Shown here: positions 37,901 to 48,033 of the stretch, piece by piece
Layout of the letters: the number at the start of each line of letters is the position of its first letter
Numbering within the stretch: position 1 is the stretch's first letter
Origin: an uncultured Deferribacteres bacterium
GTDB taxonomy: Bacteria > Zhuqueibacterota > JdFR-76 > BMS3Abin05
Reading direction: 5' to 3'
Assembly (NCBI GenBank): GCA_964579725.1
Contig: CAZOHG010000004.1
Coordinates: forward strand, 17,675-81,674
DNA length: 64,000 nucleotides
Notes under the pieces: model-generated
Database searches by the model: none
What the model saw: only the letters and a program-made list of their open reading frames with translations
What the model was told of the DNA's origin: nothing
Program-made: the position numbers and the translations under genes

Positions 37901-38873
37901 CGGAACAGTGAACCTGTCCAAGGGACTGGTGCTTCGGGGTTACGAAACAAACGGGAACCCGGAAGATCTGCTCATCCGCACCGCTTTTCCTATGAGCGCG
38001 GTTTACCAGGCAAATCTTCTGGAAGAAAAGCAAGGGGCTATTCCCATAAAAAACAATCGCTTCCGCTTCCAATTTGGCCCCAATGCCATTGAAACCTTTC
38101 TTCTGCAAACGCAAACGGAATCGGCGCTTTCGAACCGGACCCTCGGTAAGGAAAAAGAAGCTTCGGTGCTTTTCTCCAGATTTTGGACGCACAATGTGGG
38201 AGCTGCACCTATAGGCTACATGCCCGTTGGCATTTTTCTCAAGGGCGACGTTCGAGCTAAAATTCACATTGACCAGGGCGGGATTACACTCACTACATTT
38301 GAAGTTGGGGTGGTAAACAATTACTTGAACCGCTCGTTTGAGGGAGTGGTCGAATTGGAAGTCCCTTCTCCGTGGCGGGCCCTTCCGCAAAAATTAGCCG
38401 TCGCGCTGCCTCCAGGCGGACAAACGGTAGAAGAAATAACCTTGGATTTGGGCCCTTGGCGCGGGCCGAAGGAAGGCTTTATTCGAGCGCGGATTTCGGA
38501 CGGCCTCGATGTGTACGAGGATATTTTGGAAATTGAGGCAACTTTTCTGCCAAATTGGAAGGTAGGGATTGAGAAAAACGACGTGACGGTGACCCTTGAA
38601 AACCCCTGGCGGCAGCGGCTGACGGGGGTTGTAGAAATCATTTCACCCATGGAAACGTGGCCGCAAGCCCTGGTTGCCAATTACTCCTTTTTGGAAATGC
38701 AGCCTCGTCTTTTGCATTTTGACCTGCAGCCAGCGGAGACGAAACAGCTCCGTTTTCGATCCAATCGGGTGCTAAAACAATCCGGTGCCCGCGACGAAGA
38801 CCTCTGGCTTGTAGTTAAACTCATGTGCAACGGCCACGTGGATTACCTTCCCGTCATGGGGCTCATTCGGTAG
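34995..38873 (+). CDS. GH38-like alpha-mannosidase family protein, 1,292 aa
   Basis: The N-terminal HSDVVW fits the GH38 HxDxxW metal-binding motif. The large multi-domain size and the nearby hydrolase and transporter genes support the call. Confidence 0.5.
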   Translation: MKTFVTPGFHSDVVWLEDQRDYAVSLFADLKQNILGAKYDPDYGFFVHELTYLKPYLDSHPEDRDYLRQLIAEGRVGTGGSHSQPSETIIQGESLIRNIQYGRWYHEGFLGDRPEIYMPWDVFGHVSQLSQILKKSRFLGCVWSKNIRGAQAVFWHEAPDGSVLLFKRVDYGLGIDRGGRGFPVTNEEEFWEHIAQHTPEMASLGFTVNLRLDAVDFKPPSAWVIGNCRRFKEGKGLPQPVVFSGVAHRQWFKEAKKEIQAKNLDVPVLARDFEWHHQGTALSRTEFKIANRLAENRLLDAEKWASLAALYGAQYPDRALDKAWRQLLFLHHHDAITGTMNDRSYLDLMSGLRESLELASEVREKSTRALTSLVETQNPASAQHALPLVVFNSLNWPRTDLVRVSLDVSSLKTSGLTVTDAAGTKLLFEVLSKETSSDGFLQNVQLLIRAENVPSFGYATLYVSASVKPLPEATEVESLEIENEFFKIEVDPTKGGHLTSIFDKEAKRELLDTTKGLGNEIVVMEEVAGRREPSWEVFTYGVRFFSRDFPAEVRVWHGPLTQKIVVNGKTRFANRHQTVTLTRGIRRIDFETELSDHFTPHWLYAVTFPIKLDGAEPIFEDRFGFLTKRKSKGKFNFQTSTNWNYSEAGVRKANRWIELGVNGKILKDAIPIATFGMTHVVYPHDRQVQRLAFRFQSALIRRGIPTTPTYDDYDWPRRRSLPHEDAQMPRPDNYDEDLPYGTSFRLSLDVGDKNTYTQRVLEQIPSETRRAFKERLEKDGVAVLFTTDGKIPDGWPPLPVLLISARNLENLQDKTEILVRALADSGEWVLTSEEVDARGNFSLENYGVALLNNGTELNSVEKDNTLVHFLMHTAAWGGTPWGKDRLPFFLVPEFRKQRFFYALYPHQGDVRQGQTVQKGWEFNQPLWAVETSLHPGSLPPAYSFIETDSDQVILTSLKPADNPTATLHYGTVNLSKGLVLRGYETNGNPEDLLIRTAFPMSAVYQANLLEEKQGAIPIKNNRFRFQFGPNAIETFLLQTQTESALSNRTLGKEKEASVLFSRFWTHNVGAAPIGYMPVGIFLKGDVRAKIHIDQGGITLTTFEVGVVNNYLNRSFEGVVELEVPSPWRALPQKLAVALPPGGQTVEEITLDLGPWRGPKEGFIRARISDGLDVYEDILEIEATFLPNWKVGIEKNDVTVTLENPWRQRLTGVVEIISPMETWPQALVANYSFLEMQPRLLHFDLQPAETKQLRFRSNRVLKQSGARDEDLWLVVKLMCNGHVDYLPVMGLIR

Positions 38874-39341
38874 AGGACGAAAGCCTTCCACCCTCTACCG
38901 AAAAGGTGGATTCGTAGTCAAGCTCCCCTTCTGGACATAAGGTTGAAAAGATCGGTGCTTGAAATCGAAATTCGCCACTTGCACCTGAGCCCCAACGGGG
39001 CGATAGACACCAGCCCAGGGCAACGTCCCGGGGAAAAAAGGGTGACCTAAACCAAAAACCACCCTGAAAGGGTGGGATAAAAATTGGTGGGATTGTGTTG
39101 GTGTTGTTTTAAAAATTCAATTGAGACAAGTCAAGAAAAACATTTCCCATGGCCCCCTTCAAAGGGGGACAATTGAACCACAGCACTTTCTCCACCCGTG
39201 TCTCAAGGACACGGACTGAATCTGACCTACTGGTTCACGGGGAGAGCAATGCCCCGCCGGGCAATTTCCCAATCCCTTTTCTCAAAAAAGTTCATTCGAA
39301 AAAACGGAAAAATTTCTCCATTTTTAGAAGAGTGAGGGCGT

Positions 39342-40568
39342 TTATTCGTAACGGAGCGCCTCAATGGGACTGAGTTTCGCCGCTTTGTAGGCGGGATAAA
39401 TTCCAAAGAAAATGCCCACAGAAGAGGTAAACCCGACCCCAAGAAATACAGCCCACAACGAAATGGTGGCCGGCAGCGGGGAAACCGATCGAATCAATAA
39501 ACCGATAAAGAACCCCAGCAACATGCCCAAAACTCCTCCCACAAAACTCACCAGCAGAGATTCCACTAAGAACTGAAACAAAATGTCGCGACTTTTGGCT
39601 CCGATGGCCTTTCGAATGCCAATTTCCCGTGTCCGTTCGGTCACCGAAACCAACATAATATTCATAATACCGATTCCTCCTACCACCAAGGAAATCGCCG
39701 CCACTCCCAACGCCAACAGATACAGCCCTGTGGTCAGATTTCGGTAAATCCGGGTAATCATGTCCTGCTGGTTAATGGCAAAATCATCGGGCTTGGAAAG
39801 GGGAACGTGTCGCGCCAGCCGAAGAATCCACCGCAATTCGTCTTTGGCCGGTTCCATGTATTTTGGGGCCACGATTTTCACCCGAATGGTTAAGGAGCGG
39901 CGAAAGCCGTAAATCTTCTGAAACGTCCCAAACGGAATATACACGCTGGCATCCAAATTCTGACCGAACAATTTTCCCTTCTTCTTGGCCAGACCTACCA
40001 CACGAAAGTGAAATCCGCGGATGGTAATGCGCTGGTTAATCGGGTCTAATCCGTGAAATAACTTGTCGGCCACATCCCAGCCGATGATAGCGACAAATGT
40101 GCGGTGCCGAACGTCCGAAGAAATTAGAAATCGCCCGACTTCCAAATCAATATTAGCTGTTTGGGGGTAGCTTTCATTGGTGCCGATCACATGCACGTTT
40201 TTGATGACCCGGTCCCGGAAACGCACCAAACCGTACGAACTACTTTCGTAGGAAACGGCCTTTACCAGCGTGGCTTTTTTTTCAATGGCGTGAACTTCAG
40301 CCAGTCCGATATTTTTTCGGTTTCGGTATTTGAACCAATCCATTCCCGCAAACCACGGGTATTTTTGGATGAACAAAACGTCCGAACCCAGGGAGGAAAT
40401 TTCGGACATCATTGCTTTGTCCAGTCCATTAATAACGGTAAAAATTCCAATAATGGTCGTCACGCCGATAATAATCCCCAAAGTGGTTAAAAATGTGCGC
40501 AATTTGTGCACCATGAGCGCTTTGAAGCCCATGACGATGCTTTCCCACATTTCCATTAGAAGTCGCAC
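39342..40568 (-). CDS. ABC transporter permease, FtsX/MacB-type
   Basis: The MacB-like topology is present: TM1, a large periplasmic domain, then three C-terminal TMs. The motif pattern is ...TERTREIGIRKAIGA... Confidence 0.85.
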   Translation of the reverse strand: MRLLMEMWESIVMGFKALMVHKLRTFLTTLGIIIGVTTIIGIFTVINGLDKAMMSEISSLGSDVLFIQKYPWFAGMDWFKYRNRKNIGLAEVHAIEKKATLVKAVSYESSSYGLVRFRDRVIKNVHVIGTNESYPQTANIDLEVGRFLISSDVRHRTFVAIIGWDVADKLFHGLDPINQRITIRGFHFRVVGLAKKKGKLFGQNLDASVYIPFGTFQKIYGFRRSLTIRVKIVAPKYMEPAKDELRWILRLARHVPLSKPDDFAINQQDMITRIYRNLTTGLYLLALGVAAISLVVGGIGIMNIMLVSVTERTREIGIRKAIGAKSRDILFQFLVESLLVSFVGGVLGMLLGFFIGLLIRSVSPLPATISLWAVFLGVGFTSSVGIFFGIYPAYKAAKLSPIEALRYE

Positions 40569-40576
40569 GGGACTTT

Positions 40577-41323
40577 CTATCCTTCCGCTTCTTCATTTTC
40601 AAGCTGAGCGCTGGCCACGCGCCGTTTCTCTTCGGAAATGCGTTCGTCCGTCTCAATCAGGCCGTCGCGAATGTGCACAATCCGGCGACTGTGTTCGGCA
40701 ATGTAGCGTTCGTGGGTGACCAAAATAATCGTATTCCCCTGCTCGTACAATTCTTCAAAAATGCTCATGATTTCCTCACCGGCCGCAGTGTCCAAATTAC
40801 CGGTTGGTTCATCGGCTAAAATCACGGAAGGACTGTTGACCAGTGCCCGCGCAATGGCCACACGCTGCCGCTGTCCCCCGGACAATTCGTTGGGTCGATG
40901 GTGAAGACGATCCCCTAAACCAACACGTTCCAGAGCCTCGCGAGCCAGACGTTTGCGTTCTCGTGAAGGAACCCCGCGGTAAATTAACGGCAGTTCCACA
41001 TTGTGAAGGGCATCGGCACGGGGCAAAAGATTGAACATCTGAAAAACAAAGCCGATTTTTTTGTTCCGAATTTCCGCCAATTCGTCGTCATTTAAATGAC
41101 TCACATTTACACCCTCAAAAAGGTACTCTCCCGAAGTGGGCGTGTCCAGACAACCAATAATGTTCATTAGCGTCGATTTCCCGGAACCCGACGGCCCCAT
41201 GATCGAGAGGTATTCGTTTTTCTCCACGGCCAAATTGATCCCTCGGAGGGCTTTTACCTGAACAGCGCCTAAGTCATAGTATTTTTTCAGATCCCGTACT
41301 TCAATAACCATTTTGTTCTCCAT
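40577..41323 (-). CDS. ABC transporter ATP-binding protein, MacB/LolD-type
   Basis: Walker [10 protein letters not shown], the signature [15 protein letters not shown], Walker [12 protein letters not shown], and an H-loop are all present. Confidence 0.9.
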   Translation of the reverse strand: MENKMVIEVRDLKKYYDLGAVQVKALRGINLAVEKNEYLSIMGPSGSGKSTLMNIIGCLDTPTSGEYLFEGVNVSHLNDDELAEIRNKKIGFVFQMFNLLPRADALHNVELPLIYRGVPSRERKRLAREALERVGLGDRLHHRPNELSGGQRQRVAIARALVNSPSVILADEPTGNLDTAAGEEIMSIFEELYEQGNTIILVTHERYIAEHSRRIVHIRDGLIETDERISEEKRRVASAQLENEEAEG

Positions 41324-41418
41324 TTTATTTGTCGGCTATTGGTAAAGCCATCGGATTGCCTTGCACGGCAGCAGCCGAATCGGGACAATCACAGCAATAT
41401 TCAAAAGCGCAGGTGGAT

Positions 41419-42678
41419 TTACTTCTTACTCAACCCCTTTTCCTTCTCAATTTTGACGTGTACCCCATCCTTCAATTCTTTGCTAAGAGCCCGAAAACTT
41501 CCCACCACGACCTGTTCCCCCTCCTGTACGCCTTCCAAAATTTCAATATCGGTGTCCGATGAAATCCCCGTTTTGACCGGACGAATGTGTGCCACACCGT
41601 CTTTTACCACAAAAACCACCTCGCGCATTTTCTCGCTGGCTTTCATTTTTACAGGGGACGTTGAGGGGGGCTCCTTTTTCTTCAGTTGTGGGATTTGTGA
41701 AATTTCGCGCACCGTAACGGCCTGAATGGGAACCTTGAGAACATTTTGGTGTTTTTCCGTTTGAATATCGACTGTGGACGACATCCCCGGGCGAAGCTTG
41801 GGAATGGTGTCCAAAATCGCAATCTTCACCTGAAAATTGGTGATTTCCTCCTGCGTACCCAATCCGCGAACAATCGGAGTGTGAGCGATTTCCGTGACAA
41901 TCCCCCGAAATGAGGTGTCGGGGAAGGCGTCTACGGTCAAAGTAGCGGTGTCCCCGCGTGCCACATCGACCACATCGTTTTCATCGATTTCCGTTTGAAC
42001 TTCCATTTTCGAGAGGTTTGCCACCTGCAAAATGACATCCTCCTTAAATTGGGAGCCCAAGGCAATTTCTCCGATTTCTTTGTTGCGCTGGATGACCACG
42101 CCGTCAATGGGTGAACGAATGGTGGTTTTATTCAAATCGTCTTGAGCCTGTTCCAACCGCGCTTTCGCCTGAACCACCTGATCCCGTGAGGCGTCGTAAT
42201 TGGAACGCTGCACTTCGTACTGAGTTTTGGCCTGTTCCAATTTCTCTGCGGAAGTGAGCCCCTGTTGGAACAACTTTTCAAGCCGACTCAGGGCCTTTTG
42301 GGCGTTGTCCAACGAAGCCTTGGCCTGACGCAAATTGGCTTTCGCGGAACTCAACCCGGCCTTTGCCTGAGTAACGGCTGCTTCGTAACGCGTGCGGTCC
42401 AGTTGAACCAAAATCTGCCCCTTTTTCACACGGTCTCCGTCGTCCGCCCGCAGATCAATGATCCGTGCCGCCACATTGGCGCTAATTTTAACGTTTACTT
42501 CCGGTTGAATTTTTCCCGTTCCGGAAACCAAGTGCGTGACCGTCCCCCGTTCGACCTTTTCCACCTGAACCGCCACGGTGGGGCCGGTGCTTTTCTTCAG
42601 GTTCGCATAAACGAGAAGCGCTAAAATTAAAACCACGCCACTTGCCAACGCAATTTTTTTCCATTTGGCCATTCTCAA
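41419..42678 (-). CDS. efflux periplasmic adaptor (membrane fusion protein, MacA/HlyD family)
   Basis: An N-terminal TM anchor is followed by a long coiled-coil (QAKAGLSSAKANLRQAKASLD...), then lipoyl and beta-barrel domains. Confidence 0.85.
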   Translation of the reverse strand: MRMAKWKKIALASGVVLILALLVYANLKKSTGPTVAVQVEKVERGTVTHLVSGTGKIQPEVNVKISANVAARIIDLRADDGDRVKKGQILVQLDRTRYEAAVTQAKAGLSSAKANLRQAKASLDNAQKALSRLEKLFQQGLTSAEKLEQAKTQYEVQRSNYDASRDQVVQAKARLEQAQDDLNKTTIRSPIDGVVIQRNKEIGEIALGSQFKEDVILQVANLSKMEVQTEIDENDVVDVARGDTATLTVDAFPDTSFRGIVTEIAHTPIVRGLGTQEEITNFQVKIAILDTIPKLRPGMSSTVDIQTEKHQNVLKVPIQAVTVREISQIPQLKKKEPPSTSPVKMKASEKMREVVFVVKDGVAHIRPVKTGISSDTDIEILEGVQEGEQVVVGSFRALSKELKDGVHVKIEKEKGLSKK

Positions 42679-42692
42679 CTCCCACTTCCTTT

Positions 42693-44075
42693 TTACTGCA
42701 ACAGCCTGGTAATCTTTTTCTCCAAAAGTCCCATTGTGTTGTACAATTGAACCAGTGCGATCAAATTGTCGTATTTGGTGCTAACCAGAGTGGCTTCACT
42801 TTGCGTAAGCGCCACTTGTGCGTCAATGACTTCCAACAGGGTGCCCGAGCCCACCCGATAGCGCTCTTTCGCCAGACGCAAATCCTCGCGCGCCGCTTTC
42901 ACATTTTCATTGTTAATTTGGAAAATTTGCTTGTACGCCTGAAGATTTAAATACGCCTGTTCCACTTGCTGCAGCAGTTGACGCTGTTGATCGTGAAGGT
43001 TTTCCTTGGAAATCATATAGTTCAGGCTTTGGCGTTCCAGATTGGCTTCGCGTTGAAACCCGTTGAAAATCGTCCAACTTACGTTTAACGACATATTCCA
43101 GCCGTAATTTTTGTCCCACCCCGAATAGACGCGGTCGAGCAGTGTGTTAAAACGACTGTACCCGGCACGAGCCGAAACGGTAGGCAGGTAATCACCTCGA
43201 GCCACTTTAATGGCAAAATTATTGGAATGAATTTGTTCCTGAAGCGAATGAAGGGCCGGGTTGTTGTTCATCGCCATGTGCTTGGCGTCCTCTAAAGTTC
43301 CGGTAAAATCCTCCAGCGGTACATCCACCTGAGCAATGTCCAGCGCGGCATTGGGACGCCTTCCCAACACCACATTCAAATTTGACTTGGCAATCAGAAC
43401 CTGATTTTTTTGATTAATGACCTTTATTTGCGCCTGTCCCAAATTGACTTTGGCGCGGAACACGTCCACCTGTGCCACCGAGCCCACCTCGTACATGGCC
43501 TGGGTTTTGTGAAATTGTTCTTTATTGGACTCCAGGGACTTTTCGTACACGTCTTGCAATTTCAAGGCCTTTAACAACTCGAAATAGCGTTGTGTTACCT
43601 GCAAAATGATGTCCTGGCGCGTCGCGCGGTAATTCCATTCCTGAGAACGGTAACTGGCCTTTGCTTGCCGAATTCGATTCCACCATTTTCCACCATCAAA
43701 CAGAATTTGATTGACGGAAAAACCCAGATTGTAGGAATTCCGCTTGTAGCCGTTTTGAACGATTTCTTTCTGTTGGTAGATAATTCGGCCCAGGGAATCC
43801 CGCGCAATCGGAACATCCTGCAAAAATGTGCGCGGTCCCTGATTGATGCGCGAGCCAGACGCACTTCCGGAAAGTGAGGGCAAAATGGTAGATCGAGCGC
43901 TGACAACCCCGCTGCCCGCCAGAGAGATTTGCCTTTGAGCATTTCGAATTTTTGGGTTCTGCTTCAGGGCGATCTGAATACATTCCGGTAAATTCATCTT
44001 GGGAGCGGCTGTTTGTGCCTGCACCCCAAAAGCAAAAAATAGAGAGGCTAACATTCCAATGATCCAACGCTTCAT
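42693..44075 (-). CDS. TolC-family outer-membrane efflux protein
   Basis: A signal peptide, two tandem OEP repeats rich in coiled-coil, and a 460-aa length. It is the first gene of the tolC-macA-macB operon. Confidence 0.85.
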   Translation of the reverse strand: MKRWIIGMLASLFFAFGVQAQTAAPKMNLPECIQIALKQNPKIRNAQRQISLAGSGVVSARSTILPSLSGSASGSRINQGPRTFLQDVPIARDSLGRIIYQQKEIVQNGYKRNSYNLGFSVNQILFDGGKWWNRIRQAKASYRSQEWNYRATRQDIILQVTQRYFELLKALKLQDVYEKSLESNKEQFHKTQAMYEVGSVAQVDVFRAKVNLGQAQIKVINQKNQVLIAKSNLNVVLGRRPNAALDIAQVDVPLEDFTGTLEDAKHMAMNNNPALHSLQEQIHSNNFAIKVARGDYLPTVSARAGYSRFNTLLDRVYSGWDKNYGWNMSLNVSWTIFNGFQREANLERQSLNYMISKENLHDQQRQLLQQVEQAYLNLQAYKQIFQINNENVKAAREDLRLAKERYRVGSGTLLEVIDAQVALTQSEATLVSTKYDNLIALVQLYNTMGLLEKKITRLLQ

Positions 44076-44125
44076 TTTGGCTACCTTTTAATTTTGAACA
44101 ACCATCGAACCCTTGTTACATTTTT

Positions 44126-44860
44126 TTACGCGCCGAGGCCGGGTGCCTTAAAAATCGACCGCAAGAGAATGGAAAAAACTACCCAAAGCGCCCACAAGCC
44201 GAAAACAACCGTCGCCGATTTTTTCTGCGAGAATTTATAAATGACGGTAAATCCAACGGTCATTAACACCAACTGCCACAAAATAAAAATGTCAAACGAC
44301 GACAAAATCTTGTACAGAAGCGTACCCTTACTGTCGGGAGAAAGGAAAGCGGCCAGGCTGGTTTGAACCGCAATGGTTTTTTTGGCCAAAATTACGGGAA
44401 CGCGCACAATCATGGCGACAATCCCCACCGCCAGCGACGTGTACGCCCACATGCTCAGAACTTTAGTGTAGGGAACCATTCCGCCCAGAAAAACCGACCC
44501 TACCAGATAAAAGAAAAAAGAAGCCACGATTTGGGTCACAAAAATCATAATAAATGTGGAAATGGGCATAATAATTTTCTGGAAGGTTTCTCCCTTGGCC
44601 AGCAATTGTTCCGCCTCGGCCTGGGAAAGATTTTTCGCAGCCATGAGATGTTCAACCTGAAGCTGGTGCATTTGAGGGAAAATCAGAATTAAGACCAGAG
44701 CGCTGAGAATGGCCACCACGGAAACCGGCAAAATCCAATCCGGCTTTTCGTCGATGGCGCGGAAGGTTTTCTCCGGGCTAAAGTACAAATGGAACCATTT
44801 TTGAAAAAACCCCTGTTTTTCCAGCTCCGTCTGCGAGTGCGTTGCGGTTACATCATCCAT
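44126..44860 (-). CDS. Yip1-domain membrane protein
   Basis: A five-TM Yip1/DUF1282-like architecture with a cytoplasmic N-terminus. Confidence 0.55.
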   Translation of the reverse strand: MDDVTATHSQTELEKQGFFQKWFHLYFSPEKTFRAIDEKPDWILPVSVVAILSALVLILIFPQMHQLQVEHLMAAKNLSQAEAEQLLAKGETFQKIIMPISTFIMIFVTQIVASFFFYLVGSVFLGGMVPYTKVLSMWAYTSLAVGIVAMIVRVPVILAKKTIAVQTSLAAFLSPDSKGTLLYKILSSFDIFILWQLVLMTVGFTVIYKFSQKKSATVVFGLWALWVVFSILLRSIFKAPGLGA

Positions 44861-45217
44861 TGGGCTTCCTCCTTTTTGTTCTTAGAATAATGGACGTAAA
44901 ATGGGTAGAAATGTTTCTATTAAATCCGGCGAGGGACTTCATTTTTTACAAATGGGCAGCCAAAATGTTCACATTTTCGAATCGAGAATTCCATTCAATG
45001 AAGACTCAACTCGATCTCGTTTTAACCGCTTGCCATTTTGGGGGCAAGGATTTCATCCATTTCGAAGTCCGGGCGATTCAAATCTTTTGACCGCCTCCGG
45101 ACTCAGAGCTTTTCGCGCTTCCTCCAAAGGCGGGCGGGGGTAGCCTCTTGGGAAAAATTTGAGGCAAGCAGCGAAAGGGGAAATCGGTTCCCCCCGGCCC
45201 TGTTTCGGCTTCGCTGG

Positions 45218-46999
45218 CTAAATCGGGCTAAAAAATTCGGAATGGAGGCGCTTGCGCAAAAAACGGCGTAAGTATTTTTGGATTTTGCCGGCGGAATCGT
45301 AGGTGAGAGCACGACGCGCCAGTTTTTCCGCTTCCGAAAATCGAATGCTTCGAATCACGCGTTTGACCTCCGACAAAAAGGGCAGCGTCACACTGAGTTC
45401 ATCCAAACCGAGTCCGATTAGCAGAGGGATTGCCAGCGGATCACTGGCCATTTCGCCGCACATACCCACCCAAACGCCGGCCCGATGTCCGCCTTTGACC
45501 GTTTCATGAATAAGACGAACAACGGCAGGATGAAACACGGTGTACAGCGAAGCTATTTTCTCATTTCCACGGTCTACGGCCAGGGTGTACTGAACGAGAT
45601 CGTTGGTTCCGATGCTCAGGAAATCCACTTCACGGGCAAATTCGTGTGCCATCATGGCCGCTGCCGGCACTTCAATCATGATTCCCACGGGAATATTTTC
45701 GTCGAAGGGAACCTTTTCCCGGCGCAATTCCTCTTTGGCTTCTTCCAAAAGGGCGCGGGCGCGGCGAATTTCTTCAATAGAAGTCACCATTGGAAACATG
45801 ATTTTCACATTGCCCATTTTGCTGGCTCGCAAAATAGCGCGCAGTTGAACCTTGAAGATGTCGGGTAAATCGAGGCAAATTCGAATGGAACGCCATCCCA
45901 AAAAGGGGTTGTGCTCCCGATATTCGGCTCCGTCCAAAAGCAGGCGGTCTCCTCCCAAATCGAAAGTTCGAAGAATCACCGTTTGGGGGTACAATTTTTC
46001 GGCCACGGCCTGGTATTCAGCCACCTGTTCTTCCTCGGAAGGGAAGGCGCTACGTTTCAGATAAAGATACTCCGTCCGGTACAAGCCCACGCCGCGCGCC
46101 CCGTGTGTTAGCACAGATTCTACTTCCTCGGGGAATTCAATGTTAGCGGAAAGCTCAATCTCGTGGCCGTCCAGGGTGGTGGCCGCCTGGTCTTTCAGGG
46201 GAATGAGTTCCTGAAGGAAGCGCTGGTATTGTTCCTGACGCTCACGGTAGCGCTTCAACGTCCGCTCGGTTGGGCGCAGAATGACCCGCCCTGAGTTCCC
46301 GTCCACGATAATGAGATCGCCTTCTTTGGCGTGAGCAGAGAGGAATTTCAGCCCTACCACGGCGGGTTTTTCAAAGGAACGAGCCAAAATAGAAACGTGA
46401 GAGGTTTTCCCGCCCTGGTCGATTGCCAGCCCAAGAATCAAACGGCGGTTGAGCAGTACGATTTGGGAGGGTGTCAATTGCGGCCCCACCAAAACCCCGG
46501 GCTGTTTCATGAGCGATTTGTGGCAGGCTTCTTTGCCCTGGTAATTTCGAATGACCCTGCGTTTTACATCCAAAATGTCCAGCGCCCGTTCCCGAAGATA
46601 CTCATCCTTCCCTGCGTTCATTGAATCGTGAAATCCACGCATTATTTGGAAGTAAATCCAATCGGCATTTTTTCTTTCCTCTCGAATGCGCCGAATGGTT
46701 TCCTCCAAAATAATCTGGTCTTCAAGGATCATGAGGTGAGCATCGAACACCTTGGCATTTTCTTCCCCCACATTGGCGCGAGCCCGTTTCTGAATTTCGA
46801 GCAGTTCTTCCTTGGTTTTCCTCAGGGCGTTTATAAATTTTTCAATTTCAGCGTCGATTTCGTTCGGTCGCAGCTTGCGTTCTTCGACGTAGACGTCGGT
46901 TCCGTCCAGAAAAATGACCGGGCCAATCCCAATCCCCGGCGAGGCGGGAATGCCCACGAAAATCTTTTGGCCGGAAGTCTGTTTGGATGCAGGACTCAT
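45218..46999 (-). CDS. ptsI: phosphoenolpyruvate-protein phosphotransferase (PTS Enzyme I)
   Basis: The N-terminal HPr-binding region, the phosphohistidine domain (GGxTSHxAI-like GGKTSHVSILAR) and the C-terminal PEP-utilizing TIM barrel are all present. Confidence 0.9.
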   Translation of the reverse strand: MSPASKQTSGQKIFVGIPASPGIGIGPVIFLDGTDVYVEERKLRPNEIDAEIEKFINALRKTKEELLEIQKRARANVGEENAKVFDAHLMILEDQIILEETIRRIREERKNADWIYFQIMRGFHDSMNAGKDEYLRERALDILDVKRRVIRNYQGKEACHKSLMKQPGVLVGPQLTPSQIVLLNRRLILGLAIDQGGKTSHVSILARSFEKPAVVGLKFLSAHAKEGDLIIVDGNSGRVILRPTERTLKRYRERQEQYQRFLQELIPLKDQAATTLDGHEIELSANIEFPEEVESVLTHGARGVGLYRTEYLYLKRSAFPSEEEQVAEYQAVAEKLYPQTVILRTFDLGGDRLLLDGAEYREHNPFLGWRSIRICLDLPDIFKVQLRAILRASKMGNVKIMFPMVTSIEEIRRARALLEEAKEELRREKVPFDENIPVGIMIEVPAAAMMAHEFAREVDFLSIGTNDLVQYTLAVDRGNEKIASLYTVFHPAVVRLIHETVKGGHRAGVWVGMCGEMASDPLAIPLLIGLGLDELSVTLPFLSEVKRVIRSIRFSEAEKLARRALTYDSAGKIQKYLRRFLRKRLHSEFFSPI

Positions 47000-47283
47000 T
47001 AATCCTCGTCAAATTTGTTTTCAAACAATTTTGCCAGGGCTTCAACCGCTTTTTCTTCGTCCTCTCCCTCGGCCCGAATGGTGATCTGGCTGCCCATTTC
47101 GGCCGCCAGCATCATGACCCCCATAATACTTTTACCGTTCACTTCAAGTCCGTCTTTGATTAATTTCACATCCGATTTAAATTTGGCTGCCGTTCGCACC
47201 AAAAGAGCCGCCGGACGCGCGTGCAACCCCAATTTGTTCTGAATTGTCACAATCTTCTCAGTCATTTCCAACCTGTACGTCAA
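46999..47283 (-). CDS. ptsH: phosphocarrier protein HPr
   Basis: The His15 motif GLHARPA and the Ser46 region GKSIMGVM are present. It is 94 aa and overlaps ptsI by 1 nt. Confidence 0.9.
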   Translation of the reverse strand: MTYRLEMTEKIVTIQNKLGLHARPAALLVRTAAKFKSDVKLIKDGLEVNGKSIMGVMMLAAEMGSQITIRAEGEDEEKAVEALAKLFENKFDED

Positions 47284-48029
47284 AAACCCCTCTTCAACTG
47301 ACTTAAGAACAGCACAATCAACACCAAAACCAAACTCCAGAAAAAGGAAAATCCTTTCCGCATCAGGAGGTAGCTACCCGCACCGGCTACTAAAAAAATG
47401 AGCGAATAATGCCAATTAGCCAGGCCGGGCTGAATCAGAATAAAACCGGCTAAAATTCCCAGTGTCAAAACGGCTATTTTTTCTAACCATTCAAAATAGC
47501 GGGTGTAGCGCCGCACCGAAATTTCGCGCACAATGTCAAATCCCATTTTGTACCCCCGGAAAACACCGTGGTAGCGCATGTACACGTGGGGGATATTGTA
47601 CAAAACGAACATCACAGCAGGGCCGGCCACTCCGTACAAAAGTGTCAACAACACCCCGAGGGTGGCAGCCAAAGGTTTAAACACCCCCCAAAAGAGCCGA
47701 TCCCCAATGGCCCCCAGAGGGCCGGAAAGGCGACGCTTAAATTTCTCAATCGGGGTAAAATCTTCCCATTTTTCAACCGCGGCTTTTTCTTCCAAACGAG
47801 CCACAGCCCCCAGGGCGTAGGAGGAAAAATAAGGATGCGCATTAAAATAATCCAAATGGCGTTTGAGAAAAAGACGCCGCTTTTGGGGATCATGGTACAG
47901 ACGGTTGAGAATGGGCAATATACAATAGGCAAAGCCCAAATTCAACATGCGCTCGTAATTCCACGAACCCTGAATATAGAGCGACCGCCAGACAATGCGC
48001 AGCAGGTCGATTTTTCTTAAACGCCGCAT
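47280..48029 (-). CDS. PTS mannose/fructose/sorbose-family IID component
   Basis: The N-terminus MRRLRKIDLLRIVWRSLYIQGSWNYERM... and a C-terminal hydrophobic hairpin are typical of EIID-Man. Confidence 0.8.
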   Translation of the reverse strand: MRRLRKIDLLRIVWRSLYIQGSWNYERMLNLGFAYCILPILNRLYHDPQKRRLFLKRHLDYFNAHPYFSSYALGAVARLEEKAAVEKWEDFTPIEKFKRRLSGPLGAIGDRLFWGVFKPLAATLGVLLTLLYGVAGPAVMFVLYNIPHVYMRYHGVFRGYKMGFDIVREISVRRYTRYFEWLEKIAVLTLGILAGFILIQPGLANWHYSLIFLVAGAGSYLLMRKGFSFFWSLVLVLIVLFLSQLKRGF

Positions 48030-48033
48030 GCCG

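Noticed and set aside
35379-38390. Several 200-260-aa minus-strand ORFs inside the GH38-like gene
   Set aside because: They lie within one uninterrupted 1,292-aa plus-strand ORF that has a plausible GH38 motif. They are antisense shadows.
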